Positions 44,059 to 51,224 of a DNA stretch of 51,224 nucleotides are shown here, one piece after another. Position 1 is the first letter of the stretch. Each line of letters begins with the position of its first letter. The position numbers and the translations under genes are program-made. The stretch comes from Bacteroidetes bacterium HGW-Bacteroidetes-13 (lineage in GTDB: Bacteria; Bacteroidota; Bacteroidia; Flavobacteriales; Flavobacteriaceae), in NCBI GenBank assembly GCA_002841025.1, contig PHDQ01000001.1:1-51224 (forward strand), given 5' to 3'. The notes beneath the pieces were generated by a model. It searched no databases and was not told the DNA's origin. It saw nothing but the letters and a program-made list of their open reading frames with translations.

Positions 44059-44388
44059 ATGGAAAGGCGTTTTTCTGACATTATTCAACTAATAAAACAA
44101 TCTCGGACTAATGCACTAAAAACCGTTAATGCTGAACTGATTAATCTTTATTGGAATACGGGAGAGTTTATTAGCAAGAAACTTGAGCTTGCCGAATGGG
44201 GTGATTCCGTGGTTACAGAATTAGCAAAATACATCCAAAAAAACGAGCCAGACATAAAAGGTTTTTCTGACAAAAACCTATGGAGAATGAAGCAATTTTA
44301 TGAGTCATACAAAGACTTTCCAAAACTCTCAACATTGTTGAGAGAAATTAGCTGGTCTCACAATTTGGCTATTTTTTCAAGATGTTAG
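44059..44388 (+). pseudogene. N-terminal stub of a DUF1016 (YhcG-type PDDEXK nuclease) gene
   Basis: The 109 aa ..NAELINLYWNTGEFISKK...GFSDKNLWRMKQFYESY...ISWSHNLAIF match the N-terminal helical domain of ~340-aa DUF1016 proteins. The nuclease domain is absent, and only 121 nt remain before the next gene. Confidence 0.7.
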
Positions 44389-44509
44389 CAGTTAGCTTTT
44401 GACCTTTTTAAAGAATAATTTCACATCCAATTCATAAATAGACTAACGGCTAAAAGCCAACAGTCAAAAGCCATTAAAACAACAGTAAACCCAATTATTA
44501 GAATCAAAA

Positions 44510-45259
44510 ATGAAAAAAATCTTGCTATCCTTATTGATACTGACAAGCTTTGTTGCTTGCAAAGAGAAACCCCAACCATTGACCGTTCAGCAAATTGTCG
44601 ATCAAGCCATTGAAAAAGCGGGTGGCAACTTGTATGAAAAGGCTCACATCGAATTTGATTTCAGGAAAATTCATTACCTCTCCACGCGTCAGGGAAGTAA
44701 ATATTCCTACGAACGGGTGCAAACAGATTCAACCGGAAGAAAAATTCACGATGTATTGACCAACAAGGGTTTTGAACGATTTATAAACGATTCGTTGGTG
44801 CAAGTAGTCGATTCGATGGCTAACAAGTATGCCAATTCGGTCAATTCAGTTCATTATTTTGCCTATCTCCCGTACGGACTCAATGACAAAGCAGTTCACA
44901 AAAAATTGTTGGGTGAAAAAACCATCAAAGGGAAAACGTACTATCAAATTGAAGTGACTTTCTCCGAAGAAAACGGCGGAGACGACCACAGCGATGTATT
45001 TCTGTATTGGATAAACAAGGAAACTTTTTTGGTGGATTATTTAGCCTATCTCTACCACACGGATGAAGGCGGAATCCGTTTCAGGGAAGCCTTTAATCCA
45101 AGAGCTGTAAACGGCATTAGATTAGTCGATTATAAAAATTATAAACCCTTTTCGGAAGACATTGATTTCTATCAAATCGGTGAACTTTTCGATGCGGGAA
45201 AATTGGAATTGTTATCTGAAATCGTGAATGAAAATGTGACGGTTAAGATCGTTGAGTAG
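44510..45259 (+). CDS. Hypothetical lipoprotein
   Basis: 249 aa with lipobox SFVAC|KEK. Confidence 0.7.
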   Translation: MKKILLSLLILTSFVACKEKPQPLTVQQIVDQAIEKAGGNLYEKAHIEFDFRKIHYLSTRQGSKYSYERVQTDSTGRKIHDVLTNKGFERFINDSLVQVVDSMANKYANSVNSVHYFAYLPYGLNDKAVHKKLLGEKTIKGKTYYQIEVTFSEENGGDDHSDVFLYWINKETFLVDYLAYLYHTDEGGIRFREAFNPRAVNGIRLVDYKNYKPFSEDIDFYQIGELFDAGKLELLSEIVNENVTVKIVE

Positions 45260-45284
45260 TTATAGATTATTTTAAGAAAGCAAC

Positions 45285-45737
45285 ATGTCCCCATTAAAAC
45301 CACAACGCAGTCCTGTATTGGAAATTTACACTGCCAACACGCAGACTGAACTCGAATTGCCGCTGCTTCCGTTTGCAATAAGTGCAGGTTTTCCCTCACC
45401 GGCATTGGATTTTATCGACTTAGGAATTGATTTAAACAAGCATCTCATTGAGCACCCGTCGGCTACTTTTTACGGACGCGTACAAGGTGAATCTATGCGC
45501 GATGCCGGTATAAATGATGGGGACCTTTTGATAATTGACAAAAGTATTGAACCTGCGGACGGTAAAATTGCCGTTTGCTATCTTGACGGAGAGTTTACGC
45601 TAAAACGCATAAGGCTAAGCAAACAAGGATTGTGGCTTATGCCTGAAAACGAAGGGTATCAGCCCATAAAAATAGAAGCGCACAATGATCTAAAAATTTG
45701 GGGAGTTGTTACCTTTATCGTCAAGAAACCACGGTGA
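45285..45737 (+). CDS. umuD: UmuD-like S24 autopeptidase (Pol V accessory subunit)
   Basis: 150 aa with the Ala-Gly cleavage context [11 protein letters not shown], catalytic Ser in GESM and Lys in FTLKRI. There is no DNA-binding domain. Confidence 0.88.
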   Translation: MSPLKPQRSPVLEIYTANTQTELELPLLPFAISAGFPSPALDFIDLGIDLNKHLIEHPSATFYGRVQGESMRDAGINDGDLLIIDKSIEPADGKIAVCYLDGEFTLKRIRLSKQGLWLMPENEGYQPIKIEAHNDLKIWGVVTFIVKKPR

Positions 45738-46996
45738 TGTTTGCCTTAATTGACTGCAATAATTTTTATGCTTCCTGCGAGCGGGTTTTTCGTCCGGATC
45801 TTGTTGGAAAACCCGTTGTGGTGCTTTCCAACAACGACGGCTGTGTAATAGCGCGAAGTAGCGAAGCGAAAGCCATTGGCATTCCGATGGGTGCGGCAGC
45901 GTTTGAATATGAGAAAATGTTTAAACAAAACAACGTGCATGTTTTTTCCGCAAACTTCGCTTTGTATGGCGATATGAGCCAACGGGTAATGGATATTTTG
46001 AGCGGTTACAGCCCCGAAATAGAAATTTACAGCATTGATGAAGCGTTTTTGAAACTAAAAGGTTTTGAAAAATTTGACCTGCAAAAATACGGTGCCGAAA
46101 TGCGCTATAAGGTACAAAAATGGACGGGGATTCCCATCAGCGTTGGCATTGCGCCCACCAAAGCATTGGCAAAAGTTGCCAATAAAATTGCAAAAAAATA
46201 CCCGAAAGAGTTGCAAAATGTGTACATCATTGACACAGAAGAAAAGAGAGCAAAAGCCCTGAAATGGTTGAAAATAGAAGATGTTTGGGGCATTGGCAGA
46301 CAACACAGCAAACGCCTGAAAGCGATAAATGTAAACACGGCTTACGATTTCACACAACTGGACGATGCGTGGGTAAAAACACATTTGGCAATCGTTGGTT
46401 TGCGGTTAAAACACGATTTGTCAGGTATCCCGACACTGGATTTGGAAGAGGTGCAACCGAAGAAAAATATTTCAACCGCACGCTCATTTGAAAACAATTA
46501 TACCGAATTGGAGCAATTGCGGGAACGGATTGTAACTTTTGCCGTTTCCTGTGCCGAAAAATTGCGCAAACAAAATTCTTGCTGCAATTCTTTAAGGGTA
46601 TTTATCCATACCAACGAACACCGAAAAGATTTACCGCAATACAGCCGAAACATGGTAATAAAATTGCCATTCCCAACCAATTCAAGTATGGAGTTGGCAA
46701 CATTTGCAAATTTGGCATTACAAAAGATATTCAGAGAAGGCTATCACTACAAAAAAGCCGGTGTAATCGTGCAAGATTTTACGCCCGAAAACACGCAACA
46801 ACTGAAACTATTTGAAAGCAGAAATGAAAAACACATTCCGCTCATGCAGGTGGTGGATAAGCTAAACAAAAGTTACGGTCAGCAAAAAATACGACTGGCC
46901 GGACAAGACATAAAACGAATTTGGAAAATGAAACAAGAAAAATTATCGCCTCGCTACACAACCAAATTATCCGACATCATAACCATTCACTGTTAA
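45737..46996 (+). CDS. umuC: Y-family DNA polymerase V catalytic subunit UmuC
   Basis: [41 protein letters not shown] is the canonical UmuC N-terminus. Its ATG overlaps the umuD TGA (TGATG). The ORF-track start at 45698 adds 13 unlikely residues. Confidence 0.92.
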   Translation: MFALIDCNNFYASCERVFRPDLVGKPVVVLSNNDGCVIARSSEAKAIGIPMGAAAFEYEKMFKQNNVHVFSANFALYGDMSQRVMDILSGYSPEIEIYSIDEAFLKLKGFEKFDLQKYGAEMRYKVQKWTGIPISVGIAPTKALAKVANKIAKKYPKELQNVYIIDTEEKRAKALKWLKIEDVWGIGRQHSKRLKAINVNTAYDFTQLDDAWVKTHLAIVGLRLKHDLSGIPTLDLEEVQPKKNISTARSFENNYTELEQLRERIVTFAVSCAEKLRKQNSCCNSLRVFIHTNEHRKDLPQYSRNMVIKLPFPTNSSMELATFANLALQKIFREGYHYKKAGVIVQDFTPENTQQLKLFESRNEKHIPLMQVVDKLNKSYGQQKIRLAGQDIKRIWKMKQEKLSPRYTTKLSDIITIHC

Positions 46997-46997
46997 T

Positions 46998-47060
46998 ATG
47001 TGTTTTCATTCAAAACAATCTAAATCGGCACAAGCATTGAAGCATCGTTTCAAAGTCTAA
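46998..47060 (+). pseudogene. 20-codon stub of an SOS-response-associated peptidase (SRAP/YedK-like) gene
   Basis: ATG TGT TTT CAT... encodes MCFHSKQSKSAQALKHRFKV*. It starts 1 nt after the umuC stop. The Met-Cys start and the ..A..L..RF pattern match SRAP N-termini. The reading frame ends inside a 9-bp hairpin. Confidence 0.5.
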
Positions 47061-47076
47061 TCCCTGCGGGATTAGA
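47056..47076. other. 9-bp perfect hairpin between the SRAP stub and the aminotransferase gene
   Basis: TCTAATCCC-tgc-GGGATTAGA. It may act as a bidirectional terminator for the convergent umuC and aminotransferase transcripts. Confidence 0.5.
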
Positions 47077-47149
47077 ATTGACCTAAATGACTGGGGCGCG
47101 CTTAATTCGCATATAATAATCTTGAAACAAATAGGCGTTTAAAATCTGC

Positions 47150-48334
47150 TTAGGAAACTGCTTCCTTGATTCTTTTTAAGGCTTCTGTCAATTCTTCGGT
47201 AGAAGCTGCGTAAGAAATTCGGATACAATCCTTGCTACCAAAAGCATCGCCGGTTACGGTTGCCACATTGGCTTCTTCCAACAAATACATGGAAAAATCG
47301 TCAGAATTGTTAATTTTTTTTCCTCTGAGGGTTTTGCCAAAGAATGAAGACACATCCGGAAACACGTAAAATGCACCTTCCGGTACGTTGGTTTTGATAC
47401 CGGGAATTTCGTTGAGCAAACCCAAAACCAAATCTCTTCGGACTTTAAATGCATCCACCATATATTTGACACTGCTCACAGGGGCGAGAAGTGCCGCGAT
47501 GGTTGCGCGCTGCGCGATGCTATTGGCTCCTGAAGTGATTTGACCTTGTATTTTATTACAGGCATCGGCAATCCATTGTGGCGCACCGATGTATCCGATT
47601 CTCCAACCGGTCATGGCAAATGCTTTTGACACGCCGTTGACGGTAATGGTGCGTTCGTACATGCCCGGAATGGTGGCTATACTTGCATGACCTCCCACAA
47701 AGTTGATGTGTTCGTAAATCTCATCAGAAACCACAAAAAGATTGGGGTGTTTCAAAATGACTGCTGCCAGTCCTTCAAGTTCCGCCCGGCTGTAAACAGA
47801 GCCTGTCGGATTGCATGGCGAACTGAAAATAATCAGTTTGGTTTTGTCGGTAATCGCTGCTTCCAATTGCTGTGGTGTGATTTTGAAATCGGAATCTATA
47901 CTGGTAGGAACTTCAACCGGTTCTCCATCGGCTATTTTAACCAAGTCGCTGTAACTCACCCAATACGGTGCAGGTAAAATTACTTCGTCACCGGGATTCA
48001 ACATGACCAAAGTGATGTTTGCCAAAGATTGTTTGGCTCCTGTTGAAACCACAATTTGATTGGGTTTGTAATCTAAAGTATTGTCTCTTTTAAATTTTAA
48101 AGAAATGGCTTCGCGCAAATCTTGGTAACCGTTGACTGGCGAGTAAGAGCTGTAGTTTTGGTGAATTCCTTCGATGGCGGCTTCTTTGATAAAATCCGGT
48201 ACATTGAAGTCGGGTTCGCCCAAACTCAATCCGATGATGTCTTTTCCGGCAGCTTTAAGTTCACGCGTTTTTGCGGCCATTGCCAAAGTTGCAGACGTAG
48301 CCAATTTGTTGATGCGATCTGATAACAAATTCAT
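47150..48334 (-). CDS. Class I PLP-dependent aminotransferase (aspartate aminotransferase-like)
   Basis: 394 aa with the PLP-lysine context VNGVSKAFAMTGWRIGY and the SSPCNPTG motif. Confidence 0.9.
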   Translation of the reverse strand: MNLLSDRINKLATSATLAMAAKTRELKAAGKDIIGLSLGEPDFNVPDFIKEAAIEGIHQNYSSYSPVNGYQDLREAISLKFKRDNTLDYKPNQIVVSTGAKQSLANITLVMLNPGDEVILPAPYWVSYSDLVKIADGEPVEVPTSIDSDFKITPQQLEAAITDKTKLIIFSSPCNPTGSVYSRAELEGLAAVILKHPNLFVVSDEIYEHINFVGGHASIATIPGMYERTITVNGVSKAFAMTGWRIGYIGAPQWIADACNKIQGQITSGANSIAQRATIAALLAPVSSVKYMVDAFKVRRDLVLGLLNEIPGIKTNVPEGAFYVFPDVSSFFGKTLRGKKINNSDDFSMYLLEEANVATVTGDAFGSKDCIRISYAASTEELTEALKRIKEAVS

Positions 48335-48379
48335 AACAGTATAGGTAGTTTGGATAGTGAAATGTTTAAAACAAAAAGA

Positions 48380-49483
48380 TTAAGCAGGATTAAATTCGGG
48401 TTTTTTACCCAATTCTTTGAGTTGTTGAAAGTGAGAAATCAACGCGGCTCGGGTGGTTTTAAATTCCTTGTAAGGTAGGTTAAATTCTGTGGCTGTTTTC
48501 TTTACGATAGCCGAAATTTTGGTGTAATGAACATGGCTGATGTTTGGGAAAATATGATGCTCAACTTGGTGGTTGAGTCCACCGGTAAACCAATTGACAA
48601 ATCTGTTTTTAGTACCGAAATTGGTCGTTGTAAAAAGCTGGTGAATTGCCCATACATTTTTAATCTGACCATCATTCGGTGGCAATTGGGTTTCCACATC
48701 ATCCGAAACGTGAGCCAACTGAAAAACCACACTCAATATGAGACCGGCGGTGTAGTGCATAGCAAAAAATCCGATGAGAACCTTCCACCAAGCAATATCT
48801 GAAACCAATAGCGGGATGATTATCCAAACCGAGACGTAGATAATTTTGGTGATGACCAAAACACTCCATTCTCTGGTGGGATTCAGTTTGTTGTCAGCAG
48901 ACAATCCCCGCTTGATGTATCTTTTCATCTGTGAAAAATCTGACGTAATGGCCCAATTGATGGTCAACAAACCATATAGAAAGATGGAATAGTAGTGTTG
49001 AAAACGATGAAAACGATGCCATTTTGCATGTTTGGAAAACCGAAGAATTCTTCCTGCATCCAAGTCTTCATCGTGTCCGTGTATATTGGTGTAGGTATGG
49101 TGTAACACATTGTGCTGTACTTTCCAATTATAGACATTTCCTGAAAGAATATAGATGCTTCCACCCATAAAGTTGTTGATCCATTTTTTGGAAGAATACG
49201 TACCGTGGTTGCCGTCGTGCATCACATTCATTCCGACACCAGCCATTCCGACGCCGATAATTATAGAGAAAAGCAAGAACCACCAACCCGGAATATTTAG
49301 CGTAAGAATCAAAAAATAGGGAGTTAAAAAAATAGAAAACATGATGATCGTTTTCAAATGCAATTTCCAGTTACCGGTTTTCTTAAGGTTATTGTTTTTA
49401 AAATAATCGTTGACTCTGTTGTTGAGCGTTTTGAAAAAATCAGTTTCGTCTTTGCGTTGAAATCTTAAAAGGGTGTTAGACAT
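48380..49483 (-). CDS. Membrane fatty-acid desaturase family protein
   Basis: Three His boxes (HDGNHG, HNVLHH, HQVEHH) and 4 TM segments, 367 aa. Confidence 0.88.
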   Translation of the reverse strand: MSNTLLRFQRKDETDFFKTLNNRVNDYFKNNNLKKTGNWKLHLKTIIMFSIFLTPYFLILTLNIPGWWFLLFSIIIGVGMAGVGMNVMHDGNHGTYSSKKWINNFMGGSIYILSGNVYNWKVQHNVLHHTYTNIHGHDEDLDAGRILRFSKHAKWHRFHRFQHYYSIFLYGLLTINWAITSDFSQMKRYIKRGLSADNKLNPTREWSVLVITKIIYVSVWIIIPLLVSDIAWWKVLIGFFAMHYTAGLILSVVFQLAHVSDDVETQLPPNDGQIKNVWAIHQLFTTTNFGTKNRFVNWFTGGLNHQVEHHIFPNISHVHYTKISAIVKKTATEFNLPYKEFKTTRAALISHFQQLKELGKKPEFNPA

Positions 49484-49546
49484 AATTATTTTTTTATGTG
49501 GAATAATATATTTTGAACCTATAACAGGTCAGTTTTTAGATTTTCA

Positions 49547-49554
49547 CAAAAGTA
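49547..49554 (-). promoter_or_regulatory. Candidate -7 box for the desaturase/aminotransferase unit
   Basis: Plus-strand CAAAAGTA equals minus-strand TACTTTTG, about 64 nt upstream of the start at 49483. Confidence 0.3.
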
Positions 49555-49610
49555 AATATTTATAAGCAGAGTCAAAGACCAAGATTGATAAATTTAACTT
49601 ATTTAAAACG

Positions 49611-49618
49611 TATTTTTG
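49611..49618 (+). promoter_or_regulatory. Candidate -7 box (TATTTTTG) for rsmG
   Basis: It lies 17 nt upstream of the ATG at 49635. A TTG at 49585-49587 could serve as a -33 element. Confidence 0.4.
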
Positions 49619-49634
49619 TGATAAAATTGTTCAG

Positions 49635-50264
49635 ATGCAACTTATACACAAATATTTTAAAAACTTAACAGACGAACAGATTCGTCAATTCTCCGAACTT
49701 GAAAAATGCTATTTGGATTGGAATCAAAAAATCAATGTCATCTCTCGAAAAGACGTTGAACACTTGTATGAAAGGCATGTTTTACACGCTTTAAGCATCG
49801 CCAAAGTGATTGAATTTCTTCCGCAATCCAAAATTTTGGATGTCGGAACGGGCGGCGGATTTCCCGGAATTCCTTTGGCTATTTTGTTCCCCGATGTTCA
49901 GTTTCACCTGATTGATGCCATCGGTAAAAAAATTGTTGTTGTGCAAGCAATTTCGGATGCATTAAAACTGAAAAACGTCAAAGCCGAACACATTCGTGCC
50001 GACCAGGTGAAAAGTCAATACGATTTTATCGTCAGCCGAGCGGTGACCAACATGCCTGATTTTGTAAAATGGGTGAAGGGAAAAGTCCTCAAAACCAACC
50101 GACACGCTTTGGAAAACGGGATTTTATATTTGAAAGGTGGCGACCTGACTGAGGAATTAAAAATTTATCAAAAAGTAACTTGCTTCGAAATCAGCGACTT
50201 TTTTGAAGAAACCTTTTTCGAATCCAAAAAAGTGGTGTATTTGCCGGTGAAATATAAAGCTTAG
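49635..50264 (+). CDS. rsmG: 16S rRNA (guanine527-N7)-methyltransferase RsmG
   Basis: 209 aa with WNQKINVISRKD...ERHVLHAL and the SAM motif LDVGTGGGFPGIPLAI. Confidence 0.93.
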   Translation: MQLIHKYFKNLTDEQIRQFSELEKCYLDWNQKINVISRKDVEHLYERHVLHALSIAKVIEFLPQSKILDVGTGGGFPGIPLAILFPDVQFHLIDAIGKKIVVVQAISDALKLKNVKAEHIRADQVKSQYDFIVSRAVTNMPDFVKWVKGKVLKTNRHALENGILYLKGGDLTEELKIYQKVTCFEISDFFEETFFESKKVVYLPVKYKA

Positions 50265-50296
50265 AGCATAGAGTATTAAGTATTTAGTATTAAGAT
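50262..50296 (+). repeat. Heptamer-periodic stop-rich array starting at the rsmG stop codon
   Basis: TAGAGCA TAGAGTA TTAAGTA TTTAGTA TTAAGAT. The first TAG is the rsmG stop. Confidence 0.8.
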
Positions 50297-50443
50297 GGTT
50301 ATATTGTTTATTTTTTAAAGAATAAACAAAAAAAACAATAACCATCGAAATGCTCTTTTGTTGTCAATTCTGCGCTGAAAAATGAGTAGAAGTTTGATTT
50401 AGTTACCCTAAAAGCGAAGTTTTAGTCTTCAATTTATGCAGAA

Positions 50444-50473
50444 TGTTATTCCCCTCTCAAGAGGGGAATAACA
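50444..50473. terminator. 13-bp perfect hairpin between convergent rsmG and lysS
   Basis: TGTTATTCCCCTC-tcaa-GAGGGGAATAACA. There is no flanking U-tract on either strand. Confidence 0.45.
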
Positions 50474-50567
50474 CTCTACGTAAATTAGAGACTTTACCTT
50501 ACATTGTAAAACATCAATTGCAACCTTAAATCTAAATAAGCAGTTGTGGCTATTCCAAAATAAAAAA

Positions 50568-51224
50568 TCAAGATACCGTAAACCACGCCTCTACCTCGGC
50601 TAATTGCAGTGCGGGAATTTCAAGCTTGTTTTTTTTGCGGTAACCATTCAGGTTTTGATGTACTTGCGTCGCTTTGTTCGTTCGCAGTTTATCGACGGTT
50701 TCGTAAACTTTCAAAACGTATTCTGCCCAAATCTCATGGACGCCAATTTTGATAAAGTCTTCAGGTTTGGCGACTTTGGCAGTTTTTTCAGGACGCATTT
50801 GCGGGAAAAACAGCACTTCTTGAATGGAGCTGTTGTTGGTCATCAGCATCACCAATCGATCGATGCCAATGCCGATACCTGAAGTGGGCGGCATGCCGTA
50901 TTCCAACGCGCGAATAAAATCTTGGTCGATATACATGGCTTCATCATCGCCTTTTTCGGACAAGCGTAGTTGCTCTTCAAACCGTAGTTTTTGTTCGATT
51001 GGGTCATTCAATTCAGAATAACAGTTCGCCAATTCTTTGCCGTTGACCATCAATTCAAATCGCTCGGTGAGTTCGGGATTGTCGCGATGCGCTTTGGTGA
51101 GCGGGCTCATTTCTTTCGGATAATCGATGATGAAAGTCGGTTGTACATAATGATGCTCACATTTTTCACCGAAAATTTCGTCGATGAGTTTTCCTTTGCC
51201 CATGGTGTCATCAACTTCCAAATG
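50568..51224 (-). CDS. lysS: Lysine--tRNA ligase (class II), C-terminal part; gene continues past the right edge
   Basis: ..[20 protein letters not shown].. and ..[37 protein letters not shown] match class II motifs 2/3. About 70 aa of extra C-terminal sequence follow. Confidence 0.93.
   Translation of the reverse strand, partial: HLEVDDTMGKGKLIDEIFGEKCEHHYVQPTFIIDYPKEMSPLTKAHRDNPELTERFELMVNGKELANCYSELNDPIEQKLRFEEQLRLSEKGDDEAMYIDQDFIRALEYGMPPTSGIGIGIDRLVMLMTNNSSIQEVLFFPQMRPEKTAKVAKPEDFIKIGVHEIWAEYVLKVYETVDKLRTNKATQVHQNLNGYRKKNKLEIPALQLAEVEAWFTVS

Noticed and set aside
45698-45736. The ORF-track start for umuC ([13 protein letters not shown]...). The TTG starts for nuoH (20018), nuoN (26452), the 27973 ORF and DUF1003 (32556) are similar cases.
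   Set aside because: The upstream extensions overlap the preceding gene or a repeat element and add non-conserved residues. The first ATG gives the canonical N-terminus in each case.

Overview
This looks like a Flavobacteriia-type (Bacteroidota) chromosomal window. Supporting signs are TAnnTTTG-type -7 promoter boxes, no Shine-Dalgarno sites, the tsaD/tamB pairing, and many lipoproteins and BNR proteins. I found no rRNA, tRNA, CRISPR array, transposase or integrase.

Gene order, left to right:
- tsaD (partial), tamB-like, a secreted LolA-like protein, a 1005-aa BNR/sortilin-like protein, a long cold-shock-domain protein and a lone HEPN-like ORF.
- A redox/respiration block (10.0-28.3 kb). PFOR and a 2x[4Fe-4S] ferredoxin lie on the minus strand and diverge from korAB followed by an 11-gene nuoABCDHIJKLMN operon that lacks nuoEFG.
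- DUF2231, a CusRS-like two-component system, a lipoprotein rubrerythrin and a second DUF2231.
- DUF1003, a second 1043-aa BNR paralogue and a His-motif membrane protein.
- An AT-rich islet of about 2.2 kb carrying one 493-aa Fic protein (AbiEi-like N-terminus plus an autoinhibited class II Fic core), preceded by a direct-repeat array.
- DUF885, smpB, two lipoproteins flanking a DUF1016 stub, and umuDC followed by a 20-codon SRAP stub.
- An aminotransferase, a desaturase, rsmG and lysS (partial).

The most unusual non-coding signal is a pervasive family of 7-bp-periodic tandem arrays, GC-rich palindromes and modular hairpin elements. They fill otherwise tight junctions, especially inside the nuo operon.
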